Shown here: piece by piece, positions 14,097 through 25,784 of the stretch | Layout: every line of letters starts with the position of its first letter | How positions within the stretch are numbered: position 1 is the stretch's first letter | Assembly: GCA_010093815.1 (NCBI GenBank) | Contig: ML996586.1 | Reading direction: 5' to 3' (one strand) | DNA length: 64,000 nucleotides | From: Pseudovirgaria hyperparasitica | Taxonomy: Eukaryota | The notes under the pieces: generated by a model | Databases searched by the model: none | Told to the model about the DNA's origin: nothing | Seen by the model: the letters and a program-made list of their open reading frames with translations, nothing else | Made by a program: the position numbers and the translations under genes

Positions 14097-14690
14097 CTAA
14101 CTTCCAATTCTCGTGTACCCATTTGAGCCAGCGATCAGGACTTGAAACGAGAACCGGAATTGGCCATTGTTGACGTTATTTGCGGTATTGACCGCACTAC
14201 TTCCACCGCTCCAGAATGCGCACTTAATGTTTGTCGTGCTGGCCGGATTTATGCACGCTGCACCCGGCTCCTGCAAGGGGTCTCGCTCATGATAGATGTT
14301 GAATGCATTACAACCTGTAATAGCATTACACTGTGCCGAGCAATTTGCGGTGTCGTAGCTGGCCAGTAACACATATCCGAGATAGCCCGCGGCGTTGACA
14401 GATGCAGATTGGTCCACAAATTGTCGTGTATATAGGGTTGGGGTCGTAGCAATCTGAGCGGGCAGATGGACCAGGGTATTGCTGGAAAACATGGCTGGAG
14501 TATCGATTAATGCGACCGGTCCACTACCACTTGGAAGCGGATCGCAAGGGGCTCGTGCCTGAATGGTATGTGTTGAATGACTGTCGGTGGAAGGTAGCCA
14601 AGGTTCAACGGCAGACTTGATGGTGGAAAAGTCAAGACATCGTGCAGCTGCCACTGCAACACACGCAAGGACGATGTTGAATGAAGGCAT
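14097..14690 (-). CDS. Small secreted Cys-rich protein (PAN/Apple-like carbohydrate-binding-like fungal family)
   Basis: ATG 14690 gives signal peptide MPSFNIVLACVAVAAA; single exon; YDTANCSAQCNAITGCNAFNIYHERDP..C.NP.STTNIKCAFW..FQVLIAGSNGY pattern. Confidence 0.75.
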   Translation of the reverse strand: MPSFNIVLACVAVAAARCLDFSTIKSAVEPWLPSTDSHSTHTIQARAPCDPLPSGSGPVALIDTPAMFSSNTLVHLPAQIATTPTLYTRQFVDQSASVNAAGYLGYVLLASYDTANCSAQCNAITGCNAFNIYHERDPLQEPGAACINPASTTNIKCAFWSGGSSAVNTANNVNNGQFRFSFQVLIAGSNGYTRIGS

Positions 14691-17092
14691 ATCGAAATGG
14701 ACTCGATTAATGAACGAGTAGGAAGGCAACGCTGTAATCTTAAGTCCATACAGTCTTTCTTTGGGTTACAGTGGTTGCTGGGTTTATACTTGTAGTCGGG
14801 GTTGCCGCGTGGTTCCGACCTTCAAAGACCAACAAGTACTGCCATGCCGTAATGAGCCAACATCACTTTCGAAAGCATTATAAAGCTCCAGTCCCTCTTC
14901 CCTATTTAGATAAGACTTATCTCAGAGTAAACCATATGGAATTTTCCACACCTGTAGATAGCCCCTGAAACCGTGGACGCCTCGATAGATAAGTCACAGT
15001 GCCTGGTTTTGTTTTCATTGACGCATACTGGCAAAGGACGGAGATCGTATGGAACCAAATGTCCAAGTCATGATGTACTTCTTACTGCTGTTGCAGTAAT
15101 TTGCAACCCCTAGTCACGACCGTCCCCAACTTTACCTGGATATCTACCCCGCTTGATCCACTTATACTGTGAAGAAGATATCCCAATAATGAATGTGTGG
15201 TGTGGGATCACATGTGCACCAAACAATACTATATTAACAGATACGTAAGTTATGTTGTTGTATATATTGGACTTCTGTGGCCAGCTCTTTGACTATACAT
15301 ATGGGCGGAATGCAATCGGATGAGTGAATCAAGTTGAACGCATGACTGTGCTAAATACGGACTTGTCGTCGTGATAGACTCAAAAATGAGCTCCCTACGA
15401 TAGAGGCACACCTCGAAGCCCTCCTGTTATGTATGTCATAACATTCTGAGGCGCTCGATAGAATGAAAGAGATAGCGAAGAGATCCGAGACACCTGCTTC
15501 TGTTGAACAAAAACCGATGAATCACAATGTAATTGGGTGCGAACCTAGGTTCACGTGAACCATTATGAACAACTGGTCTGATGATTGGTTGGTTCCGCCG
15601 AGTGCGAAGCAGTTAGAGTGCCTGAACATTACGGTCACTTTGATAGACATCTGTGAGATACGGGTCGCATATCATAGTCGTCGGTAATAGTATCAAACCG
15701 CTGCGATCCTAATTAGTTCCTGAGGAGACGCAAAGGAAATTGACAGGTCAAGGTCAACAAGCCTTGCATCAATGGAACCAGTGACACAACTCAAGGAGAT
15801 TAAGCAGTGTGACCATCGCACAACAAGACCATACCACATAAGGTCATGGCCTAGTCTGCGCTATCTTTGTGGAATTTGCACAGGCGAGCCTTGTGATCTC
15901 AAAATATCTAAACTTAAATTGACTTACAACACCTCGTATCACACATCCAATATCGGCGTGCCCTCGTATAACCTCTTAAGCCCTTCGCCTGGTGTTAGCC
16001 ATAGAGCATAAGAAGATGACAGGTTTCACGTTTTCTTTGTTTTGTCTACGTACATACATTCAAATGGACATGCAACACAGGGGACATGTAAATCTGTTGT
16101 GGCTCTTTTGTCTATCAGAATGCCGTCGTGACAGGGAAGACCAAGGATATTTGCCGGCGGGCTATTATTAGACTGGAGGCTACCGAATATAGAGTCGGAA
16201 CCTGAGTTAACAGTCCAACATCGCGACACGATCCTGACCAATGTTAGGCGTCTATTTGTCGTCCTACGCCCAACCATCCTTCTGTTGTACTGGATAAAAC
16301 CATTGACGCGTTCCAGTTATCAGACGGCCTGGCGAAGGTTTGTGTTGCATAGAGAGGAGCTTGCATAGGAGTGTATACCGCAAGTGGTCTCACAATAAGC
16401 CCCGCTATTGATTGAATGGTTGTTGACGCGCTCACGCATCTGTAGGGGGCAACCCTGTAGCTCTGAACACCATCATCTTCCGGTAAGACCTCGACTTAGG
16501 TTTAGATATGGTGTTTGCTGTTGGTCGTTGATGTGTATTTGTCCGACAATCCGACCACAACTATTGAGAAAGTTCTATACCGTCAGCGGCTAACGCGTCC
16601 ACTGTAGCACGGAGAGCCTTGGCGCGAAGATCCATCTACAGGTAACTGTAAGAGGAAGGATAGTTCGTCTACAGATCAGCTGTTTTGTCGTCTCTCCCAG
16701 CCGCAATGGGATGTGTTCCGAGTTCAGTGGTTCATTCCCAAATGCCCATTTTGGCTTACTGTGTTCTGCAACTTATAACTATCGTCTTTGCCATTGGCGG
16801 CCCTCGGGGGACACCATGTTTGCATGCAGTGTATATGTCGCCTTCTATCGGATGCCGACTCAAATTGGAAGTGATACATAGCTGTGATACATCGCTAGAG
16901 ATCTTGGGTCGTAAGAGGTGAGTTTGGGCTCTTAGTTTCCGTCATAGTCAAATTCGACACCGAAAATGTAACTCAGTGTGATGTTCCGGAAGATAGTGTA
17001 CATAAGACGTTGCGGTCCTGCCTCTTGCTCAATTTTGCATTAATTAGGGACCGACTAAACTTCCTCCTGCTCGATACGTCCAGTCTTGGAGA

Positions 17093-18060
17093 ATGTGCGC
17101 TGTATTGATTGTTCTAGCCGGGCTTATTGCTTTGATCACTGCCCATCCAGCAGAGCATACACTCCTGCCACGCAAGAGCGACTTTGGCTGTGGCTCTGAA
17201 CCAACAAAAGAATTTATTGCAACAGCCCAGGCGATGGCTGCTCAGGAGGAAAATGGTGAGCTCTTTATGACCACAGCAACTCTGGAGATTGCAACCTATT
17301 TCCATTTGGTAACCGCCAAGGCCAATGAAGTCTCAGATACGCAACTTCAGCAGCAAATCGTAGTCATGAACGAAAACTATGCCCCGTATGGCATTTCCTT
17401 CAACGTAATTGGGATTGACAAGACTATCAACTCCAGGTGGGCATACGACCAAGCTGAATTAGAGATGAAGGGGGCGCTTAGGAAGGGCAACTACAAGACT
17501 CTGAACGTCTACTTTCAGACATCTCTAGGAGGTAACCTCGGCTGTGAGTATGTGCCAAAATTCGAAGACTGCGATTATGATCCTGATGTTTGACAGACTG
17601 TTATTTCCCCACATCGGGTGCAACCCCAGGTTCTACCATCCTCATTCGTGACGGGTGTGCGATCCTCGCCCAGTCAGTTCCTGGCGGCTCGTCCACCAAT
17701 TTCAACCTGGGCAAAACGGTAACCCATGAGGTCGGCCACTGGTTTGGTCTCTTCCACACTTTCCAGGGCGGTTGCGATGGCGGTGATTCGGTGGCGGATA
17801 CTCCAGCACAAGCCTCTCCATCGTCAGGTTGTCCGATTGGCCGTGACTCCTGCTCTGCTACAGGTGTAAGTTACCACCCGACCACGCTTAGGATGTTCCA
17901 TACTGACAGTGTCCAGCTCGATCCAGTCCATAACTATATGGACTATTCTGACGATTCTTGCTACGAAGAGTTCACCGAAGGCCAGAAGACACGCATGTAT
18001 AACATGTTTCACAAGTACCGTGCCCAAGCCGGAGATGAAAGCAGTATCGTGGTTATCTAG
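17093..18060 (+). CDS. Secreted zinc metalloprotease, M43 (pappalysin-like / Mep1)
   Basis: Signal peptide, propeptide Cys (FGCG), EMKGALRKG, zinc motif HEVGHWFGLFH, Met-turn NYMDYS, FTEGQ..RM; two introns. Confidence 0.93.
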
Positions 18061-18690
18061 AAGTCCGAACTGTATTTAGCGCTGGCCGTGATGGTTGCGA
18101 CTGTTTGATAGCGTTCGATAATAAGATGTTGTGCCTGGCATTTTCCTTTTGGCCTATGTGCACCGTGAAACTGTCCTTTCTACTCTAGCGAGCTTGCGAA
18201 AGTTCGGTCACACGACAACATCAATACGTGTGACAAGGACGTGAATATAATATTGTCATGTGCGACATGTATGCAAATCCTGGCAGCCTAGCCACAAACA
18301 GAATAGAGATCTCACTCATAGACTATTTGCTCATAAGTCAGATGTAAGTAGTGGTAATGATAAGAAAGGATAGTTTCTAGTGCTAAGAGGAACCAGATTT
18401 TTCGTTAGCCACAGAGCGAACGAAGGCTTACACACAGTTTCTAGCAGTGCTGATAGCTTCGAAAGTGACTCTTTGTGATCTTGCATACAGGCATGAGGCG
18501 TCGAGAACACAGTCGCCGTGCTCTCTCGAGAGATAGCATGGTGACAAACTCGGTCGAAAAGTGATGTATAATTGTCGATACGAGGCAGGTGGCCGCGTCT
18601 CTATGGATCCATCCCAAAATCGGCTAGCGTCACTCCGGCTGCTTTAAACGCCACTGCGCCTTAACGCGCCTTAGGCAATCTTCCGCTTGC

Positions 18691-18708
18691 TGTTTACAGT
18701 AGTAAACA
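18691..18708. promoter_or_regulatory. Inverted pair of forkhead-type sites TGTTTAC-AGTA-GTAAACA
   Basis: Perfect inverted repeat of GTAAACA about 50 bp upstream of the tinA ATG. Confidence 0.45.
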
Positions 18709-18758
18709 CTGAGGTCGGACGGGCCCGCGAGGCATCCTCCATATTTTTATAACCCATC

Positions 18759-20929
18759 ATGGACACCTATAATCTCAAGACAGCGTCAAGATATATAAAT
18801 AATCTACTCCTTGCTCGAGGCTTACTTCGGGATGGCAAGCCAATCGAGTTCGCGCATCCATCCAAGGGCGACGGCGGGAAAGAGGCGACTATGGCACACA
18901 TCATCAACCTGGTCCATGACTTGATACTTAAAAGAGATGTATGTTGAGGCTTTATGAGATACGACAAGCTACCGCTCACCAAATTTAGCGTGATCAAGAA
19001 CAGCGGGAAGATCTCGTTCAAACGATACGTACCTTACGGAATGACTCTACACAAAATGTCCAAAAGATCGAGCGCCTCCAGACACGCAACGACGACCTCA
19101 TACGGCAGGTTTCGCTCACACAGTCACAGGAAAGATCTGCGAAAATGGCATTGCGGACAGCGGAATCATCTGCGCGCGTACTACGGGAAGAGATGATAAG
19201 GTTGAAGGCGACGGTACAGCAGGTACGGACGTCTTGCGCAAATGATGTTCGCAAACGGGACGTTCAGATACAGCGACTCAAATCGCACCTCACCACCCAA
19301 CAACGGGGGAATAAGACTGGTCTAGTGGGTGCAAGCATTACAATCACTCCTGGTATTACTGGCCTCGGTAGCACTATTGCGGGACGCGATGATGAGGGGC
19401 CCCAGGTTGACGATCCGGAATATAATCTGAAGCAAGAGACGACAGAGTTCTTGACACAGCTTAGTCAGAGCCTGAGTGATGAGAATGATAACCTGATTGG
19501 ACTTGTCCGAGGCACGTTGTCAACTCTAAGAGAGCTCCAAGGGCTTCCAGAGAGCGTTCAACTGGCTGGAGAGAATCTCGCTAGCGGGACCAGTGATGAG
19601 CCATCATATGGAGATATGATCCAGGCGCTACCTACATCATATGATACCCTTGCAATTGACATGGACTCGGTGTTGGAGAACCTTCGAAATCTGCTCACAA
19701 ATCCCAACTTCGTCTCTATCGAAGAGGTGGAGATGCGGGAACAACAAATCATACGCCTGCGTCAAGGATGGCAAAAAATGGAGTCGAAATGGCGCGAAGC
19801 AGTCGTGCTCATGGACAGTTGGAGGAAGAGAATCATGAATGGAGGCGATACCGTCAATATCGACGAGTTGAAGATTGGCTTAGGTCTTGGCGCTGGACTC
19901 GAGACAGTCAGCGGCACGAATGACATATCCATCTTATCAGACGAGGAAAATGAGTCTGTGAGCAGTAAGGATGTCGATGACATCGAAGCCATGGAGGAAG
20001 AGCTTGACATCCATGAGTCCTCTTTCGAGGAGCTCGATGATGAACCAGCTTTTGACAAGCCCAACGAGAGGGCCAACACTACTGACATTTTCAATATCAA
20101 ACTCACTCGCAATCAACCCGTGCTTCGCGAGGGGAGTGGCAACCTCTATTCACTGCGGGACGTTAATTGCGCCCCTTCTGCACCAGATTCTGCAAGTGCG
20201 TCACCCATGCCAGGGTCGGACGAAAACGCCAGTTCCGAGATAGATCTCATTCATAATTCGAGCTCAAAGTCCTCATCACCGACGCGAAAGCACACACAAT
20301 CACGCGCGCAGTCAAAACACGAATCACGCATACCACGACAAGTACGTAGAAATTGCGCCACAGAACTCTCTCTGGGCCTCTCTTTGCATAATTTTTCTTT
20401 ATCTACTGAATCGCAAGGAATAGAAGCGCCACGGCAAAAGGCAAGGTTGAATAAATCCTCCATGCCGTCGAGCCATTATTACTTAGTCAAATCATCTTCT
20501 CTACATTAAACTGCATAGAGTTATTCTTACCGTACAAAATAGGCAAACGCAACCACACAAGCACCAGCACCAGCTCGGTTGACCTCACGCGAACATCACT
20601 CATCGCCACATACCTCAAGCCGGCCTACACGATCACCGAAACTCAGTATTACGGACAAATTGAATGCAGCTCAAGTGTCAGCTGAGGCTGCAAAGGTCGC
20701 GGAAGGACTCTCCGCGTCGTCAAAGTCCAATGCGCAGATCACAAATAATGCCAGACCTAGCAGCACAGCCGGGACTACAATAGAAAAGAATGATGTCGCG
20801 ACAGATCCAATCAGGCCATCAAGTAGGAGGACGACAAAAATAGGGGGTCGAATAGGCGGTGCGAAAGCAAGAAGGCGGAAGAGTACGCTGACCCCGGAAG
20901 AGCTGGAAAGTTTGATGTTTGTCAGTTAA
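18759..20929 (+). CDS. tinA: NIMA-interacting TinA / Msd1-like spindle-pole-body coiled-coil protein (afadin/alpha-actinin-binding domain)
   Basis: NLKTASRYINNLLLARGLL, IINLVHDLILKRD, CANDVRKRDVQIQRLK, LSQSLSDENDNL and C-terminal RRRKSTLTPEELESL; introns near 18939-18988 and 20342-20542. Confidence 0.8.
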
Positions 20930-22046
20930 TGAAATGACAGAGCAGTCCTGTATCGTATATTAGCGCGGTCCATGGCGTTGATGCTTCTAGTATCGTGTAT
21001 CCACAGCGCACTCATTTTCGCGGATACGTCTGTTAGCTCCTAGAAATATTATGAAGCAATCGACAGATCTGTTGTCTTTTGAGACACGCACATACAGCCT
21101 CCGTACCTAATCCACAAATTTGGCTACGTGCTCAGGGGCTGCAAAGCCATCATTGAGATATCTATGACTCCAATTGCTCATCTCCATGCCATGCGATTTC
21201 TCCCGTGTGCCACAAAGCCAGTCAGTACTCATTATCAGGCATAAAGGCACCAAGGCAGAAATCTGCATAATTTCTCCCAGGCCACAAAACACCAACCTCC
21301 TCTCGTTACTTCGGTTCTTCCTACGTGTGACGAGACTGGTATTTCCCTCTATTATCAAAGAGTTGTTTTTAAAATGTCACCTACCTCAGGACGTGGTGCA
21401 ATGGCCATGACCACTTCCTAGCAATGATGTCACAATCGCTCGGGGCTATTTCTAACGTCCGATCGTGACAGCAACAAGAACAGGAACTTAGACGAAGATC
21501 TCGATTACGATGAAGATGAATGATCTGGCCGGCCTACACAACACTTACATATCCTTTTGCCTCACGCGGCTCGTAGAAAGAGCGCTGTATCAAAAGAGCC
21601 GGGCAATTTGGATTGCGCGCGCTAGATTGGGAATATTTGCTGTTGACATAATCATGGCTGAGGCTTTTAGAGTAGATACGCTCTTATCTCCAGCATTGCG
21701 TCGTCCCCCGTGCCACTTGTGGGCATTGCCTTGCCGTCTGTGCACTTTTCCGTGCTCTTCAGCATGATCCAGTGCTGATTTCCCTGGTATATCACGGATA
21801 ATGCAGATCTCACATCTACGTACTATACTCGTCTAGTCATTTTTTTTATTTTCTAAAGTGGCTGACCGATCCACATGTGGGCTTCGCAGTCAAAATATCG
21901 TCGTCTGGTACGACGCAAGCTCGTTCGTTTTGGATTTCCTATATAGTCATCATACTCCTTTGTGCATATGAATATGTGGAATTCAGCTTGATCACAGCTT
22001 TTGTCTCTCAAACATGGGGAACTTTTGCACCCGCACAAGTTGGCTC

Positions 22047-22524
22047 ATAGCATCCGACTTTGCAGTCGCAATTTTCACAATCGAACCCGGTGCCATAAGT
22101 GAGCTTCACTGGCATTCGACGTCTGATGAATGGCATCAAAGGTCAAGGCCGAGTCACAGTCATCTCGGCCTCTTAAGCGTCACGCACCTTTGACTTCCAG
22201 GCTGGTGAAGTAGGTTATATCCCTGTGTCGGACTCGCACTACGTCGAAAACACGGGCAACGAGACGTTGGTGTATCTAGAGGTGCTGCTTGCGGACCGAT
22301 ATACGGCTATCGGTGTTACGCAGTGGCTAGGCACCACGCCGCAGCAAGTCGTTAAGGATACGTTGAAGGTCGGGCAGGACTTTATTGATAAGCTGCCGAA
22401 GACTAAGCAGTTCATTCTACCGGGCGATAAGAATTTGACGAACCTCGATTTCTCAGTGGAGGGCTGGCTCACATTGTATATACTTTTGTTCACTCTCGAA
22501 GCGCTAGTATTATTTAATTTCTAG
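22047..22524 (+). pseudogene. Oxalate decarboxylase (bicupin) C-terminal cupin remnant
   Basis: Reads FTIEPGAISELHWHSTSDEW, frameshift near 22134, then IKGQGRVTVISAS*(TAA 22174-22176)ASRTFDFQAGEVGYIPVSDSHYVENTGNETLVYLEVL..QWLGTTP..VKDTL. No N-terminal cupin was found upstream. Confidence 0.88.
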
Positions 22525-22614
22525 CATGAATAGTATTAGTCTCCATACTTGGTATCTTTAACAGCCATCTATATATGCACATCTAAATACGCCACACCGC
22601 TCACTCCTCTTCGA

Positions 22615-23684
22615 TCATCTCTTCCCATCCTTGACCTCTTCCCACTCAGCATCCTTCCTCCCTTCACCCTCAAGTTCACCGACCCCGATTTCCCCTTCCT
22701 TCTTCACCCCACCCGCATCTAATTCATACCTCTGTCCCGCGCTCGCTTCCATCTCCTGAACCCCGCCAGGCCTTCCAAGGCCAGCACCAGAATGCGCTCC
22801 ATACGGCGGCAATTCGGCCGCCGCCCCTGGGTCCAGCTCTGCGTATTTTTCCAACCCCTTTTCGCCACCACGCGCACTCTCTAGCTCCTGTGGCTCTGCT
22901 GCTGCCGCCTCCGCTGCTGCCGCCTTCTTTGCCATATTCCTCCGGTAGTACAGCGCAAACAGCACGCCCGCAATCGCCAATACAATGCCCAGCGACAACC
23001 CGACCGCAAGCCCGACAGTGCGGCCCGACGACCCGTCCCCTGATTCCGCCTCACTTCCGTCTGACGCGGCGTCTGCCGTTGGACTCGCAGCTACGCTCCC
23101 AGGTGTACTCACTGCCGAAGCCGGGGAAGCCGTAGCACTCGCAGGCGGCCCGCCGGCGAACGAGGCGAAATTAGACAGGAAGGAGGGCGGGCCGAAGCCG
23201 GCGCCGAAGCAGTTGCAGCTAGGGGCTGAGGTGTCGGTGTAGCAGCATGCAGAGCCGTCGGCGTTGCGGCAGGGCAGCAGCCATGTTGTGTTGGAAGGGG
23301 TATTCGATCTGCAGACAGTGGGACATCCGGGGGTGTCCCATTGCTGGGTTGTGCAGCTTGGGGGGTTGTTAGCTGGTCTTGCTGGGAAGAGAAGGAGGGT
23401 TTTAGAGGGGGGTGGTACCTGGGACGGTATATGACTTTTGGAGGAAAGCTGTTCGCCTCGCTCTGTGCGATACATGTTCCGTTTGCGTATGTGTCGCCCT
23501 GGTGGCAGCACGCGCTGCCGACGCCGCTGGTGACATTGTTTTGGTCTGCAACGATAGCGTCACCATCGAGCGATCCGTCGGGGAAATAGCAATCTTGGGC
23601 TGTGACGGCAGATATGAATGCCATCAACGCCGTCGTTATCAGCATCAGCATCCTCGGGACTGTGTTTGGGCTCGATAGAAACAT
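22615..23684 (-). CDS. Single-pass membrane protein with signal peptide, Cys-rich ectodomain and Ser/Ala stalk (Mid2-like architecture)
   Basis: Signal peptide, CYFPDG..SACC..NGTC..YRP-SCT..W..CP..C..PC..CC, TM VGLAVGLSLGIVLAIAGVLFALYY followed by RRNMAKK, tail with xEL/EM repeats; one intron (~23358-23418). Start could be a downstream Met. Confidence 0.8.
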
Positions 23685-25784
23685 TCGGTCTGGCTCGAAA
23701 CAAGGCCACAGGAATATAAACAGGTAGGGAGCACCAACACATACGGGAACGGGCAGGGCTGCTGCTCATATATGAGTATACGGCTACTGTGCTAGCTAGC
23801 ACGGGTCTATAACGTGAGACATCTGCATATAAGCTACATGTTAGTTCGCGTGTAAAGTAGCCGCCGTCAGGGCATCGCCAGCAGGTCTAAGTAAAGCAGC
23901 TGCAGGTGTCGTCTAGTTTGCATCGGCAGTAACGGAGATTTTCAGCTTAGGCTGCAGTCGGCACTCAAAAACAAGCTTTGATGGACCATCGCCGCCCCCG
24001 CCAGGACCTCATGAGTCAAGGATCGATAGGCGTTTTGGCCAGAAGGCTCCTACGGCGAAGGACCCGATCCGATGGTCGAACGGTTGGTCCGCGAGAGCTC
24101 TTCTCGGACGCAAAGTGTTTGGAAGATCAGCAGAAACATTCTAACCAAAAATTCTAGATAGTGCTGAATAAACATGGTGCATTCCGAGCCGCAAGGCGGG
24201 AATTGGAGACACATGCTCGGTGGACACAGCATGTGAACTCTGGATCATGCATGATAACCGTTAATGGACACGCGTATGGCGACATGCGGAAATGGAAAAG
24301 ACGATCAACAGCAGAACGATACGGACAAAAGATGTTCGAAGTAGCTCATGTGTGGGTATAAGATCTTCCCATTTCCAGACTAGCGCTACATCAGATAGAA
24401 AGGACGTGGGACAGGGGCCCCCCCTGGCGAGAGGCCGGGAGGGTCCAATCCGCCCCGCCCGCTTCCCTACCATAGATACTCGCAGTCCACGCTTACAACA
24501 ACACCAAGTTTTCCTTGAGATCATTCTCTTGGCCAGGTTCTTCCTCATCGTTTGAGAACCTCAGAGGGCTAGAGTAATAATAAGTGATATTTTGACTAGA
24601 TTATATATAAAAGGTATCTATTAAATTATATATAGGTAGATGAGACCTTTACTTTTAATCCTATTCATTTAGAATTATGTTAATCTTGATATTTAGCCAT
24701 ATCTTCGAGGTCCTTACGATTTTGGGGTGTCTTGGTTATGCGAGCGGTAAGAACTCCACCAAGAGACCATTTTACTGCCTTTTGCAGGACCACCACCAAC
24801 ATGCAGCCATGCTAGTACTGCCCAGTCCTCGGCAATGGATTCACAACCCTAGAAGCATAGCAGCCCCCTTCAACACCACCAACATGGCCCACATCGCCCA
24901 CATGGCATGAGTTCGCGAACCTGCGTTCATCGGGAATTGCGCAATCTGTGTGCTATGCCTATACACCTTCTCACCACAGACCAGGTACCGAGCCTCGAGT
25001 CGATCATGCCGCACCATGGACAAAAGTGCGAAAAGACTGTAGAAAACGCAGCTCTATACAGACCTGTCTACAACAGGTACCATATCATATTAACGGCACT
25101 GAGCTCCTGATAGCTTGACAGCTTCACTATATGTATACCCAGCGATGAGACGCAGGCTATGATAATATTCCTATACACTTGGGCCGGGGCTTATTGCGTC
25201 GTTTCGCCTCACGCTGTGTGCGTTACAACTTATACCATATTTAGGCTCGGTTCCCAAAACGGGAATATGTAGCGTCCACGCACAACCAGGGCTGACTTCC
25301 TCCAGCTGTCCTCTAAATCATGCGTGGTGTGCGCGTAAGGCATGCATGCACCTCGCTGTACAGCCCTGCGACCTAGTATATTCATAGCACTCGACTGATG
25401 CTGTGGCGACGGTAATATGCTGGGATGAACACAGTGAGTCTATTGGAGAGTAAGGATGATCCTTTTGAACGCTACCACAGATAGCTTGTTCCGTACGTGC
25501 CATGCTGCCTTTTCTTTGCCCACACCAATGCCTTTACTTTTACCAATCTTAAGCTTTCCAGAAGCCTTATCGCCGTGAATCATAATCTCATGCGCTTGTG
25601 ACCATTAACGATGCACATTACTATCTGATGCAAAATCGACCCCGAAACTCCACGCTGGGTATAATATGCGCAAAACTGCAAAGTAACAACCAAAAACAGT
25701 CTCGCTGGTGGCGGTAACACGGCCCAAGAAGGCTCTGCCCACCAATACTGATGTTTTGTACAGTTGCGACTCAACTGGCGGATT

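Noticed and set aside
24130..24361. Protein-like fragment (VLNKHGAFRAARRELETHARW..)
   Set aside because: Short, bounded by stops, and no family could be assigned.
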